From Octopus sinensis (taxonomy: Eukaryota): a DNA stretch of 64,000 nucleotides. The position numbers and the translations under genes are program-made. Below, in pieces: positions 1-12,880 of this stretch. How positions within the stretch are numbered: the first letter of the stretch is position 1; every line of letters starts with the position of its first letter. The notes beneath the pieces were generated by a model. That model made no database searches, had not been told where the DNA came from, and saw only the letters and a program-made list of their open reading frames with translations. Location of the stretch: positions 137,392,001 to 137,456,000 of the forward strand of contig NC_042998.1 of the NCBI RefSeq assembly GCF_006345805.1. The letters are read 5' to 3'.

Positions 1-2575
1 GTTTGATTTTTGCACAAGGATTGACAGATATAAGGGAGGCAGAAATCCAAACGAATATTCTATCAAAACTGGAAATGAACTAGGCTTTGACATTGCAGAA
101 ACTATCAGAAGAGTGTGACAGGATATTAAAATTAAGGCATGACATGGAAGAAATTCAATGGAAAGAGTGTTTCCACAAAAGACCAGTGCAAAAAAAGTCA
201 GAAGACAAAAAAGTGTTGGAGGAAAAACAAAAAAAAATATCAGTATGTAGGCCCATGTACGGCATGTGGCGGGACTCACCAGAAAAAAGATTGTCCATAT
301 AAAAAAGCAAAGTGTTTTCACTGCAGGTTTACAGGACATAAAATTGCACTGCAAAACTAGAATGATAGGAAAATGAAACAAACAAGAAAAATTAAACAGC
401 TTGTCAGCAGGAAAAGTTGTAAATACAACAAACAGAAAATCTGTGAATGTGTCAGAATGCAGGTAGACACAAGAAGTGATATCATAATCATGAATGAGAA
501 AACCTGGGAACAAATGGGTAAACCAAAATTATGTAGTTAAAACAAAATAGTGTACTGTGTTACAGGAAGAAAATTATATTCCATGGGTGAATGCACTTGT
601 TCAAGGTTGAACCAAAAGAATGAATGTTTATGTGTTGAAAAAATCCATAAATTTATTTGGCACTGAACGTATGGACAAATTTAATTTATAGGACACACCC
701 ATCAGCGCTTTGTGCAATAATGCAAACAGAGCAGTCAAACGATCAAACAAGGTCAAGAAACTGAAACAAAAAATGAACAAAACTTTCCCAAAAGTTTTTT
801 TTAGAAGGTTTAGGCTGTTGCACAAAAACAAAAGCAAGAATTGCTATCAAAGAAAATTCAACACCTGTTTTCAGGCCCAAACAGAACTTGCCATTTGTGG
901 CACTAGACTAGGTCAATAAAGAACTAGAAAGGTTGGAAAGCCTGAATATAATTGAATAGAATGACCATGCAGACTGGGCAGCACTGGCAATGTACATTAA
1001 AAAAATAATAATATGCTAAGAGTGTGTGCAGACTTCTCAACTGGGTTAAATGGCTGTTTACTCACACACAAGTAGCCACTTCCAAACCCAGAAGAAATTT
1101 TGCTAGACTAAACTGGAGGGAAATAAGTTTTTTGAAATTAGACCTCTCAGAGGCGTACCTTCAAATTCAGTTAGAGGAAGATTACACACATCTGCTAGCA
1201 ATCAATACACACTGTGGATTGTATAAGTTCAAAGAACTGTTGTTTGGGGTAAAAGTGGCACACATCATATTCCAACAAATAATGGCTGCAATGTTAAATG
1301 ATAGCAACTTTGCCATCACATACCTAGATAACATTCTGATAAAAAGGGAGTCTCGGGTGCAACATGTCGAACATATAAAGGAAGTATTCAAGAGAATAAG
1401 TGAATACGGACTTAAACTGACAGAAGTAAAATGTGAATTTTTTATGAAAAAAATAAAATACCTAAATCAAGTAATCAATGAAAGTGGATGCAAACTGGAC
1501 CCATCAGGAATGATGGCAATACGAAATATGCTGCCCCTGATGAACATGACAATGTTACAAGCATTCCTAGGCTTGGTAAACTATTACCAAGTGTATATAC
1601 TAAATATACATAAGGTAAGGGAACCACTTAATAAATAATTTGTAAAAAAGTCCAAATGGATTTGGACAAAGAAATACCAGAAATCATTTAAAGAGTTAAA
1701 AGATGTGTTAACTTCAGACTTGTATTTTATGCTTTTCGACCCAAAGTTAGAGATAATACTAGCTACAGATGCTAGCAAGTAAGGGATAGGAGCTGTGCTT
1801 CTACACAAGGATTACATGGGCAGAGGAAAGGCTATAGCTCACACATCAAAGACATTATTCTAGACAGAAAAGAGCTGTAGCCTGATTGAAAAAGAGGCGT
1901 TGGCTATTATATTTGATGTGAAAATATTTCAAGATGTTTTTGGTTGAAAATAGACCATAGATCTCTAATAACAATATACTGACCCAAGAAAGGAATCCAG
2001 ACACATACAGCAAACAGACTGCAGCAGTGGAGTACCATACTATTAAACTACGATTATAGAATTTAATATCTGCCTTCAAAAAAGTTGGAACATGCCAATG
2101 GTCAGTCTAGGCTAATTCCAAGAAATAACAAACTGCTGGAGGACACTGTAATAGCAGTGTTAAGAGCAGAAGCAGAAACAAATAAAGTGATATGGAATAT
2201 CGTACATGAACTACCAGTAACTTTGGAAGAAAAAAAATTAAATATAATTGTCTCTGATAATGGAACTCAGTTTGTATCCTGTGAGTTTAAAAGATTCTGT
2301 GAGATGTTCCCATTAGAACATAAAACTATAACAGCATATCACCCTAGATCGAATGGAAGGGCCGAGCGATTCATGGACACTTTTAAGACAGCTTTAAAGA
2401 AAACTAATAAGGAAGCCATGGACAAGGTCACGATTCAACAATTCTTAAGGGTATACAGGGTAATTCCAAACCCAAATGCGTTAGAAGGAAGTTCACCAGC
2501 AGAATTAATGTTTGCCAGAAAGGTGAAGTCAGTATTCGATAAACTGTTACTAGTAAATAAAAAATACGTGCTAGT
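1..2575 (+). mobile_element. Decayed Ty3/Gypsy LTR retrotransposon internal region (gag-PR-RT-RNaseH-IN), frameshifted and internally deleted
   Basis: Gag zinc-knuckle-like CTACGGTHQKKDCPYKKAKCFHCRFTGH (139-360). Protease-like MQVDTRSD at ~456. RT with LDLSEAYLQI, LLFGV and YLDNILI (1024-1638). RNaseH-like LATDAS at ~1760. Integrase core VSDNGTQF...YHPRSNGRAERF (2085-2585). The domain order PR-RT-RH-IN is Gypsy-type. The integrase HHCC domain is missing. Confidence 0.92.
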
Positions 2576-3290
2576 AAAGACATGACATTGTAGCTAGGAC
2601 ACTCTATAATGAAATCCATTGGAAGGATAATTCCGAGAACAAAGAAATAAACACCCACAATATGGTAGAAGCCACAACCACTCATAATGAAAAGGAATAC
2701 TGGTGGAATGTACCAGTGAAGACCTCAATAAAATGTAAGCACAACAGACCTGATATAATGATTTGGAATAGAGAAGAGAAACTGTGCACAGTTGTGGAAA
2801 TTAGCTGCCCAGCGGATGTTAACATAAAGCTGTAGATCAGTGAAAAAGAGAACACCTATGCTGAACTATTGAGAAATCTACAGTTGCTTTATCCAGATAA
2901 CAAGTTCAGGTTTATACCTGTAATTATCGGGGCCCTGGGATATGTAACACACTGCCTAAATACAAATCTTGAAAAATTAGATTTCTTAAAACCAGAAAGG
3001 AGAAGGCTAATCCAAAGGCTAGGGATCCAATCCATCTCTGTAACTGTGAAAATCTGTAAAACCTTCCACAAGTTTATCATTTAAATATATATGAGCATGT
3101 CTAGATGTGTAACTCTATGCATGAGAATACATACATAAAAAATTCAAATCTGCACATACGTACATATAAACAAAAATACCCTGTTACTGATGTTGAAATT
3201 TCAATGAAGGGACCTTGGATCTAGGTTAGAAACCAATTCATTTTCTATCGGCAAGAAATCTTGAAATAAACTGAATAATGACATACATAC
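2563..3290 (+). mobile_element. 5'-truncated non-LTR retrotransposon 3' end with restriction-like endonuclease (R2/R4/Dong group)
   Basis: Frame 1 from 2578 reads RHDIVARTLYNEI...WWNVPVKTSIKCKHNRPDIMIW...VVEISCP...FIPVIIGALG...KFII* (3084), with one premature TAG at 2833-2835. AATAAA at 3265-3270 is followed by a (CATA)n tail. Confidence 0.85.
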
Positions 3291-3405
3291 ACACATAAAA
3301 ATGTACATGCACATTCATAAACACACACACACACACACACCAACAAGCATACATGCATACATGCATATATACAAATACACATACATACATTCATGCATAC
3401 ACACT

Positions 3406-3437
<32 letters not shown>

Positions 3438-3540
3438 TACATACATACATACATACATACATACATACATACATACATACATACATACATACATACACAT
3501 ACATGTATGTGTGCATGCATGCTTGCTTGCTTGCTTTCAT
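3281..3540. repeat. Compound (CA)n/(TACA)n microsatellite
   Basis: Directly visible; begins at the LINE 3' end. Confidence 0.95.
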
Positions 3541-4109
3541 GCAAGCATATATTATCAGAGAATATTTAGGACACAATCATTCATTTAGACATGTTCATGT
3601 TCAGTTAGATATACAACTCAATGTTTTGTTAGCCCCTTTGATGTTAAGTTGTTCATAATAACTTGTCAAACTGGAAAGAAAAGGAGATTTATTAGTTTTT
3701 CTGAGCTAAGCAGTGAAAAACAATTCACAGGGATTTTAGCTCTTCACTTGCCATAATCTGGAATAAAGAGGATTATTGTGTAAAGTGCTCATTTTGATGG
3801 AATGAACACTAAAGGAATTAGTTTCACTATTCATTCATAAGGTTTCTCATTCAAGTTTATGCTCCTTACATTTCCACAACATGGATGTCTAGACATAATC
3901 ATAATGATACCTTGTAGTGTTCTTCTAGATAACCTTCTGTTTGTGGCTACTGGAGTTGTATAAATGCTGAAGACAGCTGAGTGAACTATACTTTAGACAG
4001 ATTTTTAAAAATAGAATTGACTATTGTAGTTGGAACTTTAGCAAAATACTCATGACTAAGATAGAGGGAGAGACAGAGAGAAAGAGAGAGATGTTCTGTA
4101 TTTACGAAA

Positions 4110-4770
4110 AATGCTCCAGATACATCCAAAAACGAAAAACACTCCAGATACATCCAATACTTTACCCTTTATTACAACACACACCCCAAGAAACACAGAC
4201 ATTACAATACTATCCACCAGAACATCCCGCTATGAAAACAAGACCCAAGAATGAAACAAGCATTCAAAATGCACAAAATAATCAAAAGTAAAAGACAATC
4301 AAAGTACTTCAAAAAATTCCTCATGAGTGCTAAATTACCTTCCACAATTCCTACACCAACAACCCAAAAGTGTGGCTGTCCCAATTGCAGGACTTGCATC
4401 AACCTTATTGAAAGCATAACATACAAATTCAAATCAGGACAGACTTTTACCATAAAAAATCACTTTGCATGTTCTTCAAGGAATTTAATATATGCTATCA
4501 ATACGTCAAGCATGTAATGAAGATTACATAGGTCAAACAAAGCTTACTCTAAAAAATAGACTGACCATTCACTGATAACAAATACAAGACCCCTGTACTA
4601 GACAGATTACACTGAGTGGACACATAGACATAAATGCAAAACAAATAAGTCCCCCAAATTCCAGGTCTTCCCATTCTACCTATGTTCAGTGAATACCACA
4701 GATGAAGCACAGATAAACAAAGAAAATATTTTCATACAAAAGTGCAAACCAAGACTTAAACTTTAACAGA
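4110..4770 (+). mobile_element. Penelope-like element remnant (linker plus GIY-YIG endonuclease)
   Basis: Across frameshifts: LPFITTHTPRNTDI, CGCPNCRTC, NLIYAI...ACNEDYIGQTKLTLKNRLTIH, and KENIFIQKCKPRLKL*. This is the typical PLE endonuclease layout. Confidence 0.85.
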
Positions 4771-5126
4771 GTACATACACAAATAACTATTCACACACAA
4801 AACTTATTCTGCCACTTATCATGAGGAACCTACACAGCTAACAACCTAAACTTTAGCCACTGGACTACATACAAATGACTCCTATCCACTCTCCCACCAG
4901 ACAGATTAAATTTGGAGTGCCTTGATTATAACTAAACATGTTCGCCCAACAACCCTGGTCACCTTCCATGAAATATAAAAAGAACCTGTTTCAGTTTATC
5001 ATACTTTGATATGAAAAAATCCACAACCTTCCATCTCAATAAACCACCATTGTCCCTGAAAGTTGTTTTTTATATTTACCACAGATTACTTGAAGCTAAC
5101 TTTCTTCTTACACTTCAACCCTTGTA

Positions 5127-5158
<32 letters not shown>

Positions 5159-5172
5159 TACACACACACACA

Positions 5173-6700
5173 CAGGGGTTGGGCAAAATAATGGAAACAC
5201 CTAGCATCATAGCATCATAATTTTGAAATATCTATAAAACTGTCAAAAGCTTGTTTATTTTTATGTTTTTTTTATTATTAGTGTTGCTTAATATGTTTTG
5301 CCAAAATTGCTTTTTCTTTTCAGTTATCATCATAAAAAGGTAATTAAAATTCATTAAAATGACAGATCTATCGGACTTTCAAAGAGGTCAAATCATTGGT
5401 GTTTGTATGGAAGGCACTAGCATAACAAAAACAGCCAAAATGTTTGTATATCAAGAAGTACTGTTTTGAAAGTAATGACAGCCTTTGAGAAAGAAGGAAA
5501 AACCTAATAGTCAAAACAAAACTCCGGAAGAAAACCAAAACATACAGGTAGGGACGGTCAGGCTCTTATGTGAATTGTTAGAAAGGATCACAAAGGTACA
5601 GCTCCCAAAATTACTGCAGTGCTTAATGACCACCTCGAGAACCCAGTTTCCACAAAAACTGTTTGCCAGGAGCTGCACAAAGTCAGATATTATGGGAAGG
5701 CTGCAATCAGAAAAGCACTACTTTCAAAAACAAACATCGCAAAGCATTTAGAGTGGAGTAAAAACCTACAGAATTGGTCCCTAGAGCAGTGGAAGAATGT
5801 TATTTTCTCAGACGAGTCATCCATTACCTTATTTCTGACAACCGGCTGGAGACAGCCAAAATAAACATTTGACCCAGACTGCCTTCTTCCAACTGTTAAA
5901 CATGGAGGAGGATCTGTAATGACCTGATGGGGTGGGGCTATATCTTGGAAATCCACCAGCCCAATGGTTTCCCTTCATGGCAGAATTAATAGTCAAGATT
6001 ATTTAAGCATTTCATTCTGATCAAATTCATCCTATGGTTGTAGAACTGTTTCCAGAGGGAAACGCAATCTTTCAGGATGATAATGCACCAGTTCACACAG
6101 CTAAAGTTGTTACTGAATGGCACGAGGAACATTCTAATGAAGTTGAACATCTTATCTGGCCACCACAGTCCCCAGATTTCAATATTATTGAACACTAGCA
6201 GTATCGCCCGGCGTTGCTCAGGTTTGTAAGGGAAATAACTATAAAGCATTTTTAGAGAGTTATAGCCAAAAAATAGCAAAAAAATGGAAAAAATGATGGT
6301 AATTTTTTTTTGAGAGTTAAAAAAGGATGGAGTTGCGTCCCCTAGACAGTTTGTGGTCGTTGTTTCTGATTCTCGACCCCATGTCGAATTATCGATTTTT
6401 TCAGAACTGGGGAAACTTTTCAAAATTTTGGCTGCGTTAGTTTTGAATTATGACATTGGGCTATGTGTGGTGTCAAGTTTCATCATCAGAATCAGTTGAA
6501 AGCCTGGTCAGGGTGAGGGTACAAGCAAACAGACACACAGAAACACGCACAGACAAACTGCCGTTTATATATAGAGAGATTTATGGTGCATTTTAGGAAA
6601 ACAAGTAAGGAGTCGATATCCCCTACCATCATCACTACAAGAACTAGAGAGTGTTTTAGCTGAAGAATGGACAAAAGTTCCTTTGGAAACAATTCAATTC
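5173..6700 (+). mobile_element. Decayed Tc1-family DNA transposon with DD36E spacing, interrupted by a Helitron; right TIR not seen
   Basis: TIR-like start CAGGGGTTGGGCAAAATAATGGAAACACC at 5173. ATG at 5359 reads MTDLSDFQRGQIIG. Motifs: VIFSDES, VKHGGGSVM, FQDDNAPVH, and WPPQSPDFNIIE|HLWCIL (continues at 6580). Confidence 0.9.
6195..6579 (-). mobile_element. Non-autonomous Helitron, family H1, copy 1 (385 bp)
   Basis: On the minus strand it starts TC(TCTCTATATATAAA) and ends GCAACGCCGGGCGATACTGCTAG (hairpin plus CTAG). It sits between A and T with no TSD, and removing it restores the transposase frame. Confidence 0.9.
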
Positions 6701-6990
6701 TATGTGTGTATATACACACACATAGAAAACAGTTATTTTATTCCACATAGGTAGAAATATAGGAGAAATAGTAGTTGAAAATGCACTAAGAATAGTTAAA
6801 ATATTTTTTATTAATATATTTAAAGCTTTAACTGGTTTAACAGTTTACATTGATTTTCAAAAACTTGAAATAGAAAAACTTGAAAAACTTGTCTTACTTC
6901 TGACTAGTGTTTGAAGCTTGCTCTATTTTTATAGGGCATTCATGGCTCAAATTAGTATATGTTTTGAATAGGATTTAACTGGTAGAAGAT

Positions 6991-7305
6991 AGTCACATGA
7001 CTGGTCTTGTTACATTAGTATCAAGTGTCAATGTTAAGGCTGACACGGTTGACTGAACATGTCCAAACAATCAATGCTCTGAATGCTTTCTGTCAAGTGT
7101 TTGTAGAGAATGAACACATGATTAAGTTATACCCTTTTGTACATTTCCAAGTCACATGACTGGTCTTGTTACATTAGTATCAAGTGTCAATGTTAGGCTG
7201 ACACGGTTGACTGAACATGTCCAACAATCAGCTCTGAATGCTTTCTGTCAAGTGTTTGTAGAGAATGAACACATGATTAAGTTTATAACCTTTTGTACAT
7301 TTCCA
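6991..7305. repeat. Tandem duplication of a ~157-bp unit (2 copies)
   Basis: AGTCACATGACTGGTCTTG...GTACATTTCCA starts at 6991 and again at 7150; the copies differ mostly by small indels. Confidence 0.9.
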
Positions 7306-7600
7306 CTCCCCACCCCCACCCCTGCTGTGTTAGTTGCATGTGACAGTATATTTTGTGCTTAGAAGGTGACCAGGGTTGTTGGTTATGCAAATAAGAATAC
7401 AAGAGTTAAGGAATGGAGAAGATACATATAAGTATATATATATATAGTAATATAGGTGTAAAAAGGTTGAATGTCGATTTATCCTTTAATTTTGGAGGTT
7501 TCCAAAAGACGTTTCTAATGTTCATTCTTCATACTTTGCTGGTAGTTTACAGGCGTAAATTTGTGAAGATATGAAAGTAATACTTGTATATAATGCATGA

Positions 7601-7945
7601 TGAATTTATGGAAAGAAGTCCCATAAAAAGTTATGGTTATATATCCAACATGACTCACATCTCTTTCTCACAAGGACAAAAATATGAATCTCCTAGATTC
7701 AATTTTTCTGCTATTTTCCTTCTCAAGTTCATTGTATTTTTGTTTATATTTCCTGCACTGAAGAGCACATTGATATATTTAATTAATTTAATTTAAGTTA
7801 ATTCAATCGTGAATTTGCATTATTATTTTTAGATCTCTGTATAAAACGAACATCTGCAAGAATTAAACTTATATATTTTAACAACTTGGCTCCTCCATTT
7901 ATAAATAAATTGAAGAGTTTTATGGGACTCCTTTCCATAAATTCA
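7601..7945. mobile_element. MITE-like element with 28-bp inverted repeats
   Basis: TGAATTTATGGAAAGAAGTCCCATAAAA (7601-7628) is the reverse complement of 7918-7945 with 1 mismatch. TSD not resolved. Confidence 0.55.
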
Positions 7946-8272
7946 CGATACAATAAATATATATAGATATATAGTTATATATTCTGTTAAGAAACATAGT
8001 AGAATACAATATAAAGCTCGTCCACTTTCAGATTTGATCCTCTGCTATCCAGTAGTAGTATTATAAGTACTTCCAGTAGTGAACTTGTATGAATAGACAA
8101 ATGGAAAGATTTGGAGTTAACAAATATTATATATATATATATATATAATATAATATTATATAATATATATATAAACAATTATATATACATATATAATACA
8201 ATTATATATACATATATATATAATACAATTATATATATATAATATATATGTATATATATATATATATATATA

Positions 8273-8650
8273 CTCCAGTATCGCCCGGCGTTGCTCAGGT
8301 TTGTAAGGGAAATAACTATAAAGCATTTTTAGAGAGTTATAGCCAAAAGATAGCAAAAAAGGGAAAAAATTATGGTAAATTTTTTTTTATTAAAAAAGGT
8401 GGAGTTGCGTCCCCTAGACAGTTTGCGGTTTGTGTTTTCTGATTCTCGACCCCCATGTCGAATTTATCGATTTTTTCAGAACTGGGGGAACTTTTCAAAA
8501 TTTTCGCTGCGTTAGTTTTGATTATGACATTGGGCTATGTGTGTGTCAAGTTTTCATCAGAATCGTTTGAAAGCCGTGGTCAGGATGAGGGTACAAAACA
8601 AACAACAGACACACAAAAAACGCACAGACAAACTGCCGTTTATATAGAGA
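8273..8650 (-). mobile_element. Non-autonomous Helitron H1, copy 2
   Basis: Collinear and highly similar to 6195-6579; embedded in (TA)n. Confidence 0.85.
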
Positions 8651-8867
8651 TATATATATTATTATATATCTCTATATATATATATATATCTCTATATATA
8701 TCTCATAATATATATATAATAAATAGATAGATAGATTATATATACATATATATATAGATATATAATTTGTATTATATATACTATGTATATATAATGTATT
8801 ATATATTTATATAATTGTTATATATATATATATATATATAGATATTATATAGGGATATATATATATA

Positions 8868-9110
8868 TTTGTTACCCTCCAAATCTTTCCTTTTGTCTAT
8901 TCATACAATTTCACTACTGGAATACTTATAATACTACTACTGGATAGCAGAGGATCAAATCTGAAGTGGACGAGCTTTAATTGTATTCTACTATGTTTCT
9001 TAACAGAATATATAACTAAATATCTATTATATTTATTGTATCGTGAATTTATGGAAGGAGTCCCATACAACTCCTTCAATTTATTTATAAAATGGAGGAG
9101 CCAAGTTTGT
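8868..9110 (-). repeat. Inverted copy of 7880-8125
   Basis: Its reverse complement matches 7880-8125 (ACTTGGCTCCTCC...TTTGGAG..AACAAATAT), differing mainly by single-base indels. Confidence 0.9.
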
Positions 9111-9184
9111 TATATATATATAATATCTATATATAGATACTAATATAATATATAAGATAGAATATATATATATATATATATATA

Positions 9185-9558
9185 CTCGCATTGCCGCCCT
9201 GGCGTTGCTCGGTTTTAAGGAAAATAACTATAAAGCATTTTAGAGATTATAGCCAAAAATAGCAAAAAAAGGAAAAAAATTATGGTACATTTTTTTGAGA
9301 GTTAAAAAGGTGGAGTTGCGTCCCCGTAGACGGTCTGTGGTTTGGGTTTCTGATATCCTCGACCCCCCTGTCCGACTTTATCGATTTTTTTCAGAACTGG
9401 GGGAACTTTTCAAAATTTTCGCTGCGTTAGTTTTGATTATGACATTGGGCTATGTGTGTGCAAGTTTCATCAGAATCGGTTGAAAGCCGTGGTCAGAGTG
9501 AGGGTACGAGAAACAGACACACAGAAACGCACAGACAAACTGCCGTTTATATAGAGAG

Positions 9559-9559
<1 letters not shown>
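9185..9559 (-). mobile_element. Non-autonomous Helitron H1, copy 3
   Basis: Collinear with copies 1 and 2; the terminal hairpin is degraded; flanked by (TA)n. Confidence 0.85.
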
Positions 9560-9600
<41 letters not shown>

Positions 9601-9780
9601 ATACGTCTATATGTGTGAGTCTTTGTGTCTGTGTTTGTATCCCCACCACTGACTGACAACTGTGCTGGTGTGTTTATGTTCCTGTAACTTAGCAGTTTGG
9701 TAAAGCAACTGATAGAATAAGTACCTTGCTTTTAAAAAATAAGTACTGAAGTTGACAAATTCTACTAAAGAACACTTTTT

Positions 9781-10066
9781 CGATCATGAAACAGCTTGCT
9801 CATGAAATTAATGTGCAAGTGGCTGAGTACTCCACAGACGTGTGTACCCTTAACGTAGTTCTCAGGGAGATTCAGTGTCACACAAAATGTAACAAGACTG
9901 GCTCTTTGAAATACAGGTGCTACTCATTTTTGCCTGCTGAGTGAACTGGAGCAACGTGAAATAAAATGTCTTGTTCAAGAACACAATGTGCCATCAGGAA
10001 TCAAACTCACAACCATATGATTGTGAGCTGAATGCCCTAACCAATGGCCCATGTGCCTTCTCACAC
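9781..10066 (-). mobile_element. tRNA-headed SINE (family D)
   Basis: Minus-strand head with A/B-box-like motifs, followed by GTTCTTGAACAAGACA-TTTCACGTTGCTCCAG. Related copies at ~35255-35392(+), 36854-37030(+), 38900-39100(-), 44900-45095(-) and 60243-60470(+). Confidence 0.7.
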
Positions 10067-10096
10067 ACACACACACCCACAGCACACCACCCACAG

Positions 10097-10127
<31 letters not shown>

Positions 10128-10139
10128 TAATATATATAA

Positions 10140-10540
10140 GTGTGTGCCGGTGTCATGTAAAAAGCACCTTTTGAGCATGAGGCCTCATGGAGGCAATGTG
10201 GCCAATGCTGGTGGCATGTAAAAAGCACCTTTCAAGCGCTGGGCCTCATGAAGGCAACAACAAATTACTGAGACCTTTGACAATATGCTGTGCTTGAGAA
10301 ATAAGATCCATCAAGCCAAGTGAAATCATAGATGTGGAAGCTACTGGCTCCATGCAACTGGCACCCATGCTGGTGGCATGTAAAAGCACCCTTTACACTC
10401 ATGGAGTGGTTGGTGTTAGGAAGGGCATCCAGCTGTAGAAACTATACCAAATCAGACTGGAATCTGGTGCAGCCTCTCAGCTTACCATCCAACCCATGCC
10501 AGCATGAACAACAGACATTAAATGATAATAATGATGATGA
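10140..10540 (+). mobile_element. SINE/non-autonomous retroposon with RTE-type 3' tail (family C)
   Basis: Repeated GTGGCATGTAAAAAGCACC subunits, then GTTAGGAAGGGCATCCAGC...CCAACCCATGCCAGCATG and a (GAT/AAT)n tail. Confidence 0.7.
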
Positions 10541-10839
10541 TATAAATGTGTGCGTGTGTGTATATTAGAATAAAATGATAGATATGTAAACAACTGGTAT
10601 CAGGTCAGATTATGACACATATAAATTTATACAAAACAAAAGAAGATATGAATGCACAAAGGAGTATAAATCACAGAAGATCAGTAGAAGATGCACTAAA
10701 GGATATTTATAATGATTGCGATATATGCTGGTATACTCCAGAAATAATCATACATAGATGTGTATATGTATGTGTTTGTGTGTTAGCATATGTGCATAGA
10801 TCTTTCTGCATGAGCTAGTATGCATACATAGATGTGTAA

Positions 10840-10851
10840 CATATATATATG

Positions 10852-10907
<56 letters not shown>

Positions 10908-11009
10908 TATATACATATACATATTATATATATATATACATATATATATAATATATATACATATATATATATTATACATCTATATGACAGATATATACAT
11001 ATATATATG

Positions 11010-11042
<33 letters not shown>

Positions 11043-11388
11043 ATGTAATATATATATATATATATATATATATTATTATACTTATATATGTTTGTGTGTT
11101 AGCCTATATGCATAGATTTTTGTGCATGGACAAGTACATGAGCACAGTATGTATGCAATATTCATGTGCAATTAATTCTATGTCTATATGTATGACCACG
11201 TCTGTGTGCCTTTAGTGATATGTTCCACTATCTGAGTTCATATTTATAGACCATTATTTGGAATATTAAAATCATTGTTTATTCTCTGTTTGTTCAACAA
11301 TACAAATGCAATGCAAGCAAAGCCAGTCTATAGCAACTGAAGCCTTATCATCAGATCTTTCATGCTGCTGAACATTTAACATGTGTGT

Positions 11389-11453
<65 letters not shown>

Positions 11454-11572
11454 TGTGAGTGAGTTGTGTGGGTGTGTATTTCCATTTCAACATTTCTACT
11501 TCTTGTGCATGTGTGCATGAGCGTCTGTATGCATGTGTAAATATATATATATATAAGACCATGGGGTCTATA

Positions 11573-11609
<37 letters not shown>

Positions 11610-11671
11610 ATCTATTGTATATTTTGTATTTTTCAAGTGCTCAAGTACAGGTAGCATCATCAACAACATAG

Positions 11672-11731
<60 letters not shown>

Positions 11732-11791
11732 CACACTCTCTCTCCCTATCTCTCTCTCTCTCCCTCTATATATATATGCATACATACATAC

Positions 11792-11828
<37 letters not shown>

Positions 11829-12150
11829 CTTGTATGTGTGTGTGTATATATTATATTATATATATATATTTATATATGTACATACATACAAATACATATA
11901 CATATATGTATGTATATATATATATATATGAAGTTGTATGTATATATATGTGTGTATGTGTGTGTCTATATGTATATAAATATATATGTGTGTGTATGTA
12001 TAAAATATATATATATATACAGACACTTACATACACACACACATGCACACGCATGCATGTATGCACACATACATACATACATACATACATACATACATAC
12101 ATACATACATACATACATACATACATACATACATACATACATACATACAC
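10840..12150. repeat. Large compound microsatellite zone (TA, TG, TC, TACA)
   Basis: Directly visible; accounts for the I/Y, C/V, H/T and L/S ORFs in the track. Confidence 0.95.
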
Positions 12151-12469
12151 ATATTCCCAGAATAATTTAGTGATATTCTAATTTGAAATGACATTACTAT
12201 CAAACAAACAAAAAAAAAAATTTGCCCAGAATATGATTGAATGTGAAATTCTTCTATTTCTGATGTTTCACAGACTGCCAGATTGCAACAGTAATTTTAG
12301 ACTTCAGTTGCAATGTACTGGAGAAAGGGTGACAGAAGGAGTAAACTTTGTCTTTGGAAATATGGCAGTTGGTTACTAAACAAGACAAAATATTATAGCA
12401 AACTGGTTTTGGATTTCCACTCTGTTCAATGTTATGGCCAGTATCTCAGAGTTCTTGTCATTGTTGTGG

Positions 12470-12627
12470 GTTGTGGTAATGTTGTTATTGTTATGTTGTT
12501 GTTGCTGTTGTTGTTGTTGTTGTTGTTGTTGTGGTGGTGGTGGTGGTGGTGGTGGTTGTGGTGGTGGTGGTGGTTGCTATTGTTATTGTTGCTGTTGTTT
12601 CTGTTTTTGTTTTGATGATGATAATGA

Positions 12628-12661
<34 letters not shown>

Positions 12662-12751
12662 GGTGGTGGTGGTGACGGTGGTGGTGTTGGTGGTGTTGGA
12701 GGTAGTGATGGCTCTAGTTGCATCAGTGGCCTTAATGACGATGTTCTGGTG

Positions 12752-12789
<38 letters not shown>

Positions 12790-12880
12790 GGTGATGCAGT
12801 GGTAGTGGTGCAGCAGCATCATTGTCATAATCATCTTCATCATCATCATCATTGTGCTTGGTGGTGATGGTGATTATGTT
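12470..12880. repeat. Trinucleotide mosaic (GTT/GGT/GAT/CAT)
   Basis: Directly visible runs. Confidence 0.95.

Noticed and set aside
12240-12400. Exon-like acceptors on both strands
   Set aside because: The frames close quickly or lack a credible donor.
10849-12852. Many ORFs rich in I/Y, H/T, C/V, L/S or homopolymer residues (also 23.5, 29.5-30.6, 33-34, 43.3, 46 and 61.9 kb)
   Set aside because: They are translations of microsatellites.
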